DNA of 64,000 nucleotides from an uncultured Candidatus Poseidoniales archaeon (GTDB taxonomy: Archaea > Thermoplasmatota > Poseidoniia > Poseidoniales > Thalassarchaeaceae). How positions within the stretch are numbered: the first letter of the stretch is position 1; each line of letters opens with the position of its first letter. Below the pieces are notes generated by a model. It had not been told where the DNA came from, did no database searches, and saw only the letters and a program-made list of their open reading frames with translations. Position numbers and translations under genes: made by a program. Shown piece after piece: positions 19,728-28,448 of the stretch. The stretch covers positions 38,650-102,649 of the forward strand of contig CAWVXH010000002.1 in NCBI GenBank assembly GCA_963934165.1. The letters run 5' to 3'.

Positions 19728-19804
19728 TGGCGGACCCACCGCGATTTGAACACGGGTTTGAGGCTCCGCAAGCCCCAGTGATATCCAGGCTACACTATGG
19801 GTCC
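19728..19804 (-). tRNA. tRNA-Arg (anticodon GCG)
   Basis: Acceptor stem GGACCCA/TGGGTCC is perfect. The T-arm is CCGTG-TTCAAAT-CGCGG. The anticodon arm is GGGGC-TTGCGGA-GCCTC, giving anticodon GCG. CCA is encoded. The D-arm and T-arm are identical to the neighbouring tRNA-Arg. Confidence 0.85.
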
Positions 19805-19862
19805 AGTGAGCCGGTCGACCGGCGACTCCTGTTTAATTTCGCCGGTTTGAAGAATTACTTCT

Positions 19863-20273
19863 TCACAGGCTCAAAGGCAAAACAGTTTTCCAACTTGGTT
19901 GTGCTAATTTCTTTGATTTAGGACCGTCACGAGGATTTGCAGTCCCGTGTATGAGGGTGCCATGCATCCCTTCAACACTGAATTTAATTCGTAGTTCGAC
20001 CATCCTGTCGCGCTCTGCAATTTGCATCATCTCCTCATCGAGTTCGAAAGATGTTGCATTATCTTCAACTCCGTTGTTCTTGATGCTTAGGACATTTCCA
20101 TCGATCTCTGCCCTAGGAGAAAAATCATAGTCGGTTGGGTCGCCCATCAATACCTTGACATCCGCAATCAACCGATCGCGAATAGAGACCTTGGTTATCT
20201 CCATCGACTTGACCATGATGCTGCCACCGAGAACGACTTGAAAGCCCTTCGCACCAAAGCCGATGTTACTCAA
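19863..20273 (-). CDS. hypothetical protein
   Basis: 136-aa ORF that overlaps the upstream PKD-protein gene by 4 nt on the same strand. No motif recognised. Confidence 0.35.
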   Translation of the reverse strand: MSNIGFGAKGFQVVLGGSIMVKSMEITKVSIRDRLIADVKVLMGDPTDYDFSPRAEIDGNVLSIKNNGVEDNATSFELDEEMMQIAERDRMVELRIKFSVEGMHGTLIHGTANPRDGPKSKKLAQPSWKTVLPLSL

Positions 20274-21466
20274 ATTCCAATCTCACTTACTCGTGGAACA
20301 AGAATGATGTATTCAATAACCAATTTCCAATCATTACCACCATCTGGATCGACGCCATCTACTGGAAAGTCAGGGTCACATTGGTCGGCTGTGACTGTCC
20401 AAATCCAAGTTCCTTGACCAAAGCGCTGTCCAGCTTGATTCAACAAATCACCAGTCAACCACTCATCTGAGTCAGCCTGAGTGGAATATCCGCTTTCGGG
20501 GCGGTCATTCATCTCACTTCTTTCAATTGACGAAGTTGCATTTTCAGTGATATTATCGTGAGTTGTAGAAGAAAATGTATTCCATCCAGTCATCGGAACG
20601 CTCAGAGATAGTGTGAAATTATCTTCGGGCCACATTATCGGTAGAATATCTCGGGCGAGAGTAAGGGTTGCATTGACTTGAATCATCCTTGCGCCAGCCC
20701 CTGGTTCGTGTTCAAATTGGATGGAATCTCCTTGATTGAGATATCCTGAACGCTCGATTGTGACATGTTGTTCTTCCCAAACGATATGGAAATTACGAGT
20801 GATTACCTTCACCGTCCAAATCTCTGTCGAAACCCCTCCTTTGTCGTCGACAACGGTTAACTTGCCCGTGCGGTTGCCTGATTCAAAGATATCAAGAGAG
20901 GTTATCGAAGTGGTTGCATCTGCGTCGTTCTGGAAATCTCCGTCGCCGTTTGAATCCGCTCCTATGTTGAAATCCCAAATGAATTCAAGTGGGCCACCTT
21001 CAGGATCGAACGAATCCGTGGCGTCGAGCGTTGCAGATTCACCGGTTCTGACATAAGATGGCGATTCAATGAGAATTGTAGGAGGGGAATTCACAAAAAT
21101 CGTAATGGTAGCATGGTCTTGTTCACCTCTATCATTGACTACGACAACTTCTACATCGTGATTTCCAGCTGTTAGGAAAATGTGACTAACTATGCCCGTT
21201 TTTGTGGTGCGAGTGCCGCCATCATCGAAATCCCAGAGGAAATCCTTGATGATGGTGGGGTCTGGAGAAGAGGAATCTCGAGCATCGAAGTTTACAGTAC
21301 CACCTACATTTACTTCGTTTAGGTCGGCTGAAATATCTGCCCGAGGAATTGTGGCCGATAAACCGGTACATCCAGCCACTGAGACGAGTATCAACATTGC
21401 ACCGATGCCGAGTGTCATCGTCTGCGAGGTGCCCATCAATCCAGTTCTGCGTGATGTTGCCCTCAT
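20270..21466 (-). CDS. secreted or lipoprotein cell-surface protein with two PKD domains
   Basis: N-terminal signal with a VAGC lipobox-like site. Two PKD-like modules are present (WDFDDGGT ... and IWDFNIGADSNGDG ...). Confidence 0.75.
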   Translation of the reverse strand: MRATSRRTGLMGTSQTMTLGIGAMLILVSVAGCTGLSATIPRADISADLNEVNVGGTVNFDARDSSSPDPTIIKDFLWDFDDGGTRTTKTGIVSHIFLTAGNHDVEVVVVNDRGEQDHATITIFVNSPPTILIESPSYVRTGESATLDATDSFDPEGGPLEFIWDFNIGADSNGDGDFQNDADATTSITSLDIFESGNRTGKLTVVDDKGGVSTEIWTVKVITRNFHIVWEEQHVTIERSGYLNQGDSIQFEHEPGAGARMIQVNATLTLARDILPIMWPEDNFTLSLSVPMTGWNTFSSTTHDNITENATSSIERSEMNDRPESGYSTQADSDEWLTGDLLNQAGQRFGQGTWIWTVTADQCDPDFPVDGVDPDGGNDWKLVIEYIILVPRVSEIGI

Positions 21467-21536
21467 AGCGATGTTGGGTTATTACAGAATATGAAGAGGG
21501 TTTTTTCAATATTGTAAGGGAACGGGCAAGAAGTTC

Positions 21537-22376
21537 ATGGACAATGCCCACGGCGATACCTTCGTGTCTAGCGGAATGCTCACCGGCTATCGGGTTCTTG
21601 GATTTGATTTGGAAACTACTGGTTTCAATCCACGAAGTGAGCGGATTGTTGAATATGCATTGATTGGAAGCGATTGTGATGGAAGCCATATCCATTTGCA
21701 ATCATTGGTATATCCAGGTAAACGTATTCCCGAGCAAGCAACTCGAGTTCATGGAATTACAAATTCTGATGTGCGCGAATCAGGAGAATTTGCTCGACAT
21801 ATTTTTGATATTGCAAAATTAATGGATGATGCTGTAATCGTTGGACATAACGTCATTCGTTTCGATTGGACTTTTCTCGAAATGGAATGTGTTCGCGCAG
21901 GTGTTGAAACACCAAAACCACGAGCTATTATCGACACATTAGTCCTCGCAAAGCGTTTGCGAATTCCTGGCCGACACACTCTCGGTCATCTTTGTACAAG
22001 ATTTGGAATCGGCTTGGATAATGCTCACCGAGCAAGTGCCGATGCTGGTGCGACTCTACTTCTTCTGTGGGAAATGATGAAGGCAAACCCTCGTTGGTTC
22101 AGAGGGTCTCTAGATGATTTACAAGATTCTTTATCGGGTCAAAAGATAGATGATACCCTTGGGCCTGGACTTGTCGACCTCGAACCAATTCCTGGAACTG
22201 GGGGTAATTTACGTGAAAGTGAAAATGGTATCGTTATTGCCTTTGGCAAATATAAAGGTAGAACCTTACAGGAATTAAAGGTCATTGATCAACGATATTT
22301 AAATTGGTTATTTTCACCTTCAAGTCCAATTCCACAAACGATTTCAAATCAATTACGCGAAGACATTCTCGACTGA
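21537..22376 (+). CDS. DnaQ-like DEDDh 3'-5' exonuclease with a C-terminal DUF3820-like extension
   Basis: Exo I motif GFDLETTG. Exo II motif GHNVIRFDWTFL. Exo III motif HRASADAGAT. The C-terminal 65 aa (FGKYKGRTLQELKVIDQRYLNWL) resembles the DUF3820 / ExoX C-terminal module. Confidence 0.8.
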   Translation: MDNAHGDTFVSSGMLTGYRVLGFDLETTGFNPRSERIVEYALIGSDCDGSHIHLQSLVYPGKRIPEQATRVHGITNSDVRESGEFARHIFDIAKLMDDAVIVGHNVIRFDWTFLEMECVRAGVETPKPRAIIDTLVLAKRLRIPGRHTLGHLCTRFGIGLDNAHRASADAGATLLLLWEMMKANPRWFRGSLDDLQDSLSGQKIDDTLGPGLVDLEPIPGTGGNLRESENGIVIAFGKYKGRTLQELKVIDQRYLNWLFSPSSPIPQTISNQLREDILD

Positions 22377-23599
22377 TTCTCGCGTTGAGAAAAGAGCAAG
22401 GGCGACCATGGCAATACCTCACTCCAGTCGCCGAGATGGACTATTTTTCCATCGACTCTAGAACTGCCAAGAAAAATCGGACCTTTATATCCAGAATTCA
22501 GTAATTCATTCATCTGAATTTTGGCTTGATCACGAATAATCGCCCCGAATTTATGTTCAGAACGGGCTACTTCACCATCGTGACCGATTGGTGGCATTCT
22601 CTCAAATAATGCAGCACCTGCATCTGAGTCGAATCTTATCACCCGAACCACTTCGTCCCTAAACATCGGTCCTGGAGGCAAAATTCCATCACGCCTTGCA
22701 TTCCACCAAATTGGGCACCAAGCCTTGTACTCGCAAAACCCGCAGGCTTGCTCACTAGGAGTCGCTTCCATTGGCTCATCTGTCGGTCGCATTCCCTCCC
22801 AGGCGATAAGTGCGGCTGGCAACACAGAATCACCATCAGCACGATGAATCGTCTGATTTGCAGAATACCATCCTTCGGCCGAAACTTCAGGATGATCTGG
22901 ATTTATTTCTTTCAATAAATCTCGATAAAATCGTAATTGACGGCTGACCTTCTCATTCAAGTTCACTTTCGGCGGTCTGCCGGTTTTCAAATCCGCAACA
23001 ATCCACCCTCGAGAAATTCCTTCCTTATCGATATCAGCGATCAATAAATCTAGCCTACCCATCAATCGACCACATTCTGAAACCAAAGTTCCTTCGTTTG
23101 CTAAAATTATGGATTGAATTTGCTTCCATTGACCAATCGTCACCTCCGAGAGGCCGATCTCACCGACTGGTGATTTAGAAAATAATATGTTCAAAGCACC
23201 GATTAGTCCATCATGTGCTTTGGTAATCATCTCCGCTTTCCATCTCGGATGACGAGGAGTTTCAAGAAAATTTTTCTTCTCTATCGCCCAATGGCGGTCG
23301 AGAATCGCCTTCGCAGTAGAAGGAAGCCATCCGACTTCGCTTTCGTCTCGGTCGCCCACATCGATATTACAAATATCCTCGACCGAATTATGCACTGCAT
23401 TTCCCATAGCGGCTGGCATGCTTGCCTTACGAGGTAGACGTTGACGTGAAAGCCAATATTTCCTCGGACATTCCTCGTATCTACTCCAAGAAGAAGGTGA
23501 TAATTGATGTGCGATAAATTCCTCAACCATCTTCAATACCTCATGCTCGCTACGATATAAGGTCCTCTTACAGTCATAACGATTAACACCTTTCACCAC
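22349..23599 (-). CDS. Cas4/RecB-like PD-(D/E)xK nuclease with a 4Fe-4S cysteine set
   Basis: N-terminal Cys in a CPRKYWL context, as in the Cas4 YCPRK motif. GRLDLL...IVADLKTG forms the D...DxK core. QLRFYRDLL fits the QxxxY motif. C-terminal CGFCEYKAWC fits C-x2-C-x5-C. There is an extra roughly 120-aa C-terminal region. It overlaps the exonuclease gene tail-to-tail by 28 nt. Confidence 0.7.
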   Translation of the reverse strand: MVKGVNRYDCKRTLYRSEHEVLKMVEEFIAHQLSPSSWSRYEECPRKYWLSRQRLPRKASMPAAMGNAVHNSVEDICNIDVGDRDESEVGWLPSTAKAILDRHWAIEKKNFLETPRHPRWKAEMITKAHDGLIGALNILFSKSPVGEIGLSEVTIGQWKQIQSIILANEGTLVSECGRLMGRLDLLIADIDKEGISRGWIVADLKTGRPPKVNLNEKVSRQLRFYRDLLKEINPDHPEVSAEGWYSANQTIHRADGDSVLPAALIAWEGMRPTDEPMEATPSEQACGFCEYKAWCPIWWNARRDGILPPGPMFRDEVVRVIRFDSDAGAALFERMPPIGHDGEVARSEHKFGAIIRDQAKIQMNELLNSGYKGPIFLGSSRVDGKIVHLGDWSEVLPWSPLLFSQRENQSRMSSRN

Positions 23600-23612
23600 T
23601 CACTGTCCTACA

Positions 23613-24419
23613 ATGTCTGAGGCACCCGCGGTTGAAGTCGACCCCGAAATCGATGTTTCTGGTGCGCTAATCGTATGTTGTTTTCCTTCACTTGGCTTCG
23701 TTAGCAGTATCGTAGCGCATTATTTAGTTGAAAAATTAGAATTGAAATTGGTCGGCGGAGTACGCCATCCCTCTCTTCCGCCGGTCTGTTTGGTTCAGGA
23801 AGGATTGCCCCTACCACCATTGCGATTTTACTCAGGTGAGCCGATTTGTAGTATGAAGGAATGCAATAAAGTAATTTTGATTGCATCGGAAATTCAAATT
23901 TCTTCTAAATTATGTTTACCACTTACCGAAGCCCTGTTGAATTGGTGTAAAACAAATAATACTGGTCCAATGATTATGGTAGATGCCTATGCCCTAGGAA
24001 TTGAACATAAGCACACAATTTTCGATGATGATGATTCAACTGAAACTCTGCTCGGTATCGGTTCGACCACCGCTGCGCACAAGATTTTAACAGATCTTAA
24101 AGTTCCTTTATTGCAACAAGGAGTGGTTGGTGGAATGACTGGAGTTATGATGGGTGAATGTCGACGACGCAATTCGATAGGAATGGCGATTTTAGCTGAA
24201 TCTTCTGGTAAAATCGGAAATGGTGCGATTCCAGATGCAAGAGCTGCTGCGAGAATTATTGAATGTCTAGATGGTTTATTGCCTGCTGTTCATCTCGATC
24301 CTGAACCCTTGTTAGAAGAGGCTCAGAGACTTGAACAACAGATTCGGGACATGATGGCTGCGACTCTGAATCCAGTTGCAGAAGATGCATCTTCGGCACC
24401 TACAACAATGTATGGATAA
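23613..24419 (+). CDS. PAC2-family protein (second paralog)
   Basis: ALIVCCFPSLGFVSSIVAHYL glycine-rich N-terminal block. The IPDARAAARIIECLDGLL block matches the motif in the 17188-17958 paralog. Confidence 0.6.
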   Translation: MSEAPAVEVDPEIDVSGALIVCCFPSLGFVSSIVAHYLVEKLELKLVGGVRHPSLPPVCLVQEGLPLPPLRFYSGEPICSMKECNKVILIASEIQISSKLCLPLTEALLNWCKTNNTGPMIMVDAYALGIEHKHTIFDDDDSTETLLGIGSTTAAHKILTDLKVPLLQQGVVGGMTGVMMGECRRRNSIGMAILAESSGKIGNGAIPDARAAARIIECLDGLLPAVHLDPEPLLEEAQRLEQQIRDMMAATLNPVAEDASSAPTTMYG

Positions 24420-26582
24420 TCAATAGTCGAATAGCGTTGCGCGCTTTTCTTCGTCTTTTTTTGTTGTTTCCGGTTGCGAATTTACATCACTGACTAACAA
24501 ATTGAATTCAACTTCGTTCAATATTCGAACACCTAATCGGGTTGCCTTTTCAAGTTTTGAACCTGCAGATTCGCCAGCGATTAAAACGCTCAATAGACCC
24601 GAAACAGAAGAAACAACTTTGCCACCTTCTGCCTTAATTAACAATGCTATTTCCTTCCTTGGCCGACTCAATGTTCCTGTTATGCAGAATGTTTGGCCGA
24701 AAAAATTTCCCTCAGAGGTGGGGGCCGATTGGTCTGAAATTTCTAGTTGATTTGTCAAATCGACGACTGTTGCTAATCTAATTGCGATTCCATTCAATAA
24801 TTGAGTTGCAACAGTCGTACCTACTCCTTCAATTTCGATTAATTGTGATATCGCAAAATTATGTTTGAATGGTTTACCAGTCTCATCTTCACCGACTTTA
24901 TCATCGCGGGCTTCAACCAACTCAAGAAGAGTTGTGATTGTTCCGACTTTTTCTGCGATACTAACGGCGATTTCTGGGCCTATTCCGGGTAATCCTAATG
25001 CCGATAGGAATCGGCTGAGAGTTAGCGATCTAGTCGCACCTAGTTCATCGATTACCTTCGTTGCAGATCGCTCAGCCATCCGCTCTAATTGGAGTAAATC
25101 TGGGATATTTAGTCGATAGAGATCTGCAAGTGTGTTGACCAATCCTTCAGCGATTAATTGAGCTGCTAATTTTTCGCCGATCCCATCCATCTCAAGTGAG
25201 CGACACCAATATACTATCGAGCGCTCGAGCCTAGATGCACAATCAAGATTTTTACAACGAATAAATGCCCCATCTTCGACTAATTCGAAGGAGCAGGAGG
25301 GACAGATTTTCGGGATAGAAATCTCGGCTATATTTGGTAAAATTCCAATAAATTCGGAGCCATCTGCATGAGAGAGACCGCTAATATCAATAATTTTTGC
25401 TGCGCCGAGGGTTTCAATGATTTTAGGAATTACATCACCTCGTCGAACTATTCTTACCTTATCACCAATTTTTATTCCCAAACGCTCTAATTCACCTGAA
25501 TTATGTAGTGTTACATTCTCGACAGTCACTCCTGAAACCACCACTGGTGCAACACGAGCAACCGGAGTTACCGTTCCTGTTCTGCCGGTTTGCCAATCGA
25601 CATCCATCAACACACTAAATGCTTCTTCTGGCGGGAATTTCCACGCCAATGCCCAACGGGGATGATGTGCGGTTTTACCGAGCAATCCGCGTTTTTCGAG
25701 CTGGTCTAATTTGATGACTATCCCGTCAATCTCCCAATCCGCATCTGCTCGATGTTCAGCCCAATATTTGGTCACATCAATGATTAAGTTTGATGTCGAA
25801 TCATCATCATTTCCTTTGACTACGGTATTTCCAGCAATTTCAATTCCAATCGTAGTAAGCCATTCATTTGCTTCGGAGTCGAAAATATAATTTGGTGGTT
25901 CTGGGCTATCAGGATGACGATATTCATTGCTTGGGAATTGGACATCGTAGGCAAGGAATATCAAATCAGCAGCATCACCTTTTCCTGATTCGATATTTTT
26001 TTGCCGTAGAGAACCAGCTGCTAGATTTCGGGGATTCGGAGCAATTCCAGAATATTTATGTCTAAAAATTGCCAGTGGCATCACGACTTCACCTCGAATA
26101 TGACAATCTCCTTGCCAACTAAGTGATTCGGGAATGTTAGCTATTCGACGAGCGTTGGCAGTCACGTCCTCTCCACGCAAACCACTGCCTCTCGTCGCTG
26201 CCCTGACCAGTCGTCCGCGACGATATTCTAATGAGAGAGCTGAGCCATCAAGTTTTGGTTGACAAACAAATTGCCTACCATGGGCGGTAGTTTGGCCAAC
26301 AAAGTGAGATATCTCATCCGATTCTGTGGCTTTGTCAAGACTACTCATAGGAAAAAGATGGGTGATTTTTTCGGTTCCAGCCGGTGGATCTGACCCGACA
26401 CGATTCAATTGTGGATTTTCTGAATCTAAAGACTTTAATTCATCCCATAATACATCAAATTCAGCATCTGATATTTCCGGAGAGGCTTCGTTGTAATAGA
26501 GGTCTGAATGATAAGAAATTTGCTCGGATAACCATTCGATGAGCGCCCGCTCATCACCTACGTCTGGGCGCTCTCCAACCAT
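24420..26582 (-). CDS. ligA: NAD-dependent DNA ligase
   Basis: Adenylation motif KLDGSA(L). Zn finger CPSCSFELVEDGAFIRCKNLDC. HhH repeats (LPGIGPEIAVSI) and a C-terminal BRCT region (FCITGTL) are present. Confidence 0.95.
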   Translation of the reverse strand: MVGERPDVGDERALIEWLSEQISYHSDLYYNEASPEISDAEFDVLWDELKSLDSENPQLNRVGSDPPAGTEKITHLFPMSSLDKATESDEISHFVGQTTAHGRQFVCQPKLDGSALSLEYRRGRLVRAATRGSGLRGEDVTANARRIANIPESLSWQGDCHIRGEVVMPLAIFRHKYSGIAPNPRNLAAGSLRQKNIESGKGDAADLIFLAYDVQFPSNEYRHPDSPEPPNYIFDSEANEWLTTIGIEIAGNTVVKGNDDDSTSNLIIDVTKYWAEHRADADWEIDGIVIKLDQLEKRGLLGKTAHHPRWALAWKFPPEEAFSVLMDVDWQTGRTGTVTPVARVAPVVVSGVTVENVTLHNSGELERLGIKIGDKVRIVRRGDVIPKIIETLGAAKIIDISGLSHADGSEFIGILPNIAEISIPKICPSCSFELVEDGAFIRCKNLDCASRLERSIVYWCRSLEMDGIGEKLAAQLIAEGLVNTLADLYRLNIPDLLQLERMAERSATKVIDELGATRSLTLSRFLSALGLPGIGPEIAVSIAEKVGTITTLLELVEARDDKVGEDETGKPFKHNFAISQLIEIEGVGTTVATQLLNGIAIRLATVVDLTNQLEISDQSAPTSEGNFFGQTFCITGTLSRPRKEIALLIKAEGGKVVSSVSGLLSVLIAGESAGSKLEKATRLGVRILNEVEFNLLVSDVNSQPETTKKDEEKRATLFDY

Positions 26583-26670
26583 GTACTTCGAGGCGGGTTA
26601 AGTGCCTAAAACCCTCTCTTTACTCTACTTTCTTAATGAGTGAATGATTGTTATCACTAGTCTTCATTGT

Positions 26671-26748
26671 TGGTGGGCCAGCCAGGATTTGAACCTGGGT
26701 CTCGCGACCCCCAGCCGCGAAGTATAGGCCAAGCTAACCTACAGGCCC
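26671..26748 (-). tRNA. tRNA-Pro (anticodon GGG)
   Basis: The reverse complement ends ...CCAGG-TTCAAAT-CCTGG-CTGGCCC-A-CCA. The anticodon arm is CGCGG-CTGGGGG-TCGCG, giving GGG. The acceptor stem pairs 6 of 7. The D-arm is imperfect in my hand fold. Confidence 0.75.
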
Positions 26749-26798
26749 TTTGGGTAATCCTAACGAATTAGGATTAGGTCAAAGCACTAACTGACGAT

Positions 26799-27005
26799 TT
26801 ATGTCTCGCGAGAGATACTGAACGGGGCAACCTCGTCGATTAGATCGACGTGGCCAACGAACATTCTTCGGCAGCAATATCGCTCGATTTCGAGTTTATC
26901 CAAAACGATTTGAGCATCCTCTCCAAGAGCGATAGATTCTTTGTATTCACTATACTTCTGAGCAATGACTTTGCCACAGCTCCAACATCTAACTGGAATC
27001 AACAT
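26799..27005 (-). CDS. rpoN: DNA-directed RNA polymerase subunit N (Rpb10)
   Basis: MLIPVRCWSCGKVI ... CCRRM. This is the classic RpoN zinc-bundle sequence. Confidence 0.9.
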   Translation of the reverse strand: MLIPVRCWSCGKVIAQKYSEYKESIALGEDAQIVLDKLEIERYCCRRMFVGHVDLIDEVAPFSISRET

Positions 27006-27016
27006 TTCTCTTCACC

Positions 27017-27460
27017 TCACCTATACGACTTCTGCCACTTCTTCCGAGCGCCGCGACCCATTTGGTGCTTCGCTTCCTTTCGGCGTGGATCGTTAACTAG
27101 TAAACTACGGTCGAACCGTAGATATTCATCTCGAAGTTCTTCATCAATACCCTCAGCACCGCCGTTATAATGGACTAATCCGCGGGCGATTGCTGTACGA
27201 ATCGCATCGACTTGTCCCATCTGGCCACCGCCTTCTACATTGACGATAACGTCAACATCAGCTAAGCGGTTCATACCTTCAGCAATTTGAACCGGCTCAA
27301 GCGCCTTACGACGAGCAAGGCTTGGCTCCATGATGTAAATTGGTTGGCTATTAACACGAACACGGCCTTGTCCTTTTCGGACGGTTGCTCGAGCGATCGC
27401 AGTCTTCCTCTTTCCACTGGTATTTACAGCGGTTTTCCTCTGCTTCTTTGCCATATTCAT
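27017..27460 (-). CDS. rps9: 30S ribosomal protein S9 (uS9)
   Basis: [14 protein letters not shown] ... C-terminal KKWQKSYR. Start taken at MNMAKKQ. A 4-nt ATGA overlap with rpl13 supports this start. Confidence 0.9.
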   Translation of the reverse strand: MNMAKKQRKTAVNTSGKRKTAIARATVRKGQGRVRVNSQPIYIMEPSLARRKALEPVQIAEGMNRLADVDVIVNVEGGGQMGQVDAIRTAIARGLVHYNGGAEGIDEELRDEYLRFDRSLLVNDPRRKEAKHQMGRGARKKWQKSYR

Positions 27461-27942
27461 TGACCTCCCCAACGTGTTGCATCCACACCGAGTGAGGATG
27501 AAATTTCGCCCAATCGAACGAACTTCAATGGTAGTGGGCGATTTAGATGAGTTGTGTCTCCCCATGCGTGGCCGTCAGGCAATTCCTCTCCAGAGAGGTT
27601 TGCTGGCTGACCGATAAGTACACGAAGGTCCCTTACTGCATTTCGACCACTGCTATTCTTCTGATACGGCAGCATTCCACGGACAGTGCGCTTCATGATT
27701 TGGTCAGGCATTCTTGGGAAGAACGGCCCCTTACGAGGATGGTTCAACTTGTACTTGAAATCGTAATCTGCGAAAACCGTCGTTTTGGGTCCCGAAACGA
27801 TTGCGTGTTCTGCGTTCACAACGATAACTCGCAGTGGGCTTCCAGCCTTTCGCGCGGAAAGTAATTCCTTTGCAACATGGCTAGCCAATCTACCGAGAAC
27901 CTTGTCGGTTGCATCGTAAACAAGTGTTCCAGCTTCAGCCAA
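27457..27942 (-). CDS. rpl13: 50S ribosomal protein L13 (uL13)
   Basis: [14 protein letters not shown]... and [12 protein letters not shown] blocks are present. Confidence 0.9.
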   Translation of the reverse strand: MAEAGTLVYDATDKVLGRLASHVAKELLSARKAGSPLRVIVVNAEHAIVSGPKTTVFADYDFKYKLNHPRKGPFFPRMPDQIMKRTVRGMLPYQKNSSGRNAVRDLRVLIGQPANLSGEELPDGHAWGDTTHLNRPLPLKFVRLGEISSSLGVDATRWGGQ

Positions 27943-28300
27943 GGATTCTCACCCCCGAGCCTTCTGGGTTTTCGTTCATCAATTCACGGATCGTGATTAC
28001 ACGCCCGCCTGCTTCTTCAATTTTAGAGCGGGCTCCAGAACTGACACTGTAGGCGGCGACGTTAGGCTTTCCAACCACATCACCGCTACCGAGCAACTTG
28101 CCTGGCACGAGGACTGTGTCCTCTTGCGCAGCATAGCGCGATAGACGGCTGAGGTTTGGTTCAGCCCAGTTGCTGCGACTGGCTTCCAATCGCATAGCAA
28201 CGTCTCGCCATAGTGCAGAACCGGTAGACCTGCTCTGTGCTCTCAAATCACCGATTAAGGCGATAAGGGCAGCGTTGGTCTTTCTCGTATTCTTTATCAT
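27935..28300 (-). CDS. rpl18e: 50S ribosomal protein L18e (eL18)
   Basis: 121 aa with the NTRKTNAALIALIGDL ... SRYA... pattern of archaeal L18e. A GGGAG sits 8 nt upstream of the ATG. Confidence 0.85.
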   Translation of the reverse strand: MIKNTRKTNAALIALIGDLRAQSRSTGSALWRDVAMRLEASRSNWAEPNLSRLSRYAAQEDTVLVPGKLLGSGDVVGKPNVAAYSVSSGARSKIEEAGGRVITIRELMNENPEGSGVRILG

Positions 28301-28448
28301 AATGACTCCCTCGACGTTTCTTGGGTATCGCGGCCACCTGCCTACCTGTTATGAATGCTACTACCACCCCTAAGGGGTGTTTCGACATGCTGCGGACATG
28401 TGAGGGTTGTAGCCCAAATAATTGGGCGTGCAATTCCTACGTCCGGCC

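Noticed and set aside
19440-19900. tRNA-associated integrated element
   Set aside because: No integrase, no direct-repeat copy of a tRNA 3' end, and the neighbouring genes are housekeeping.
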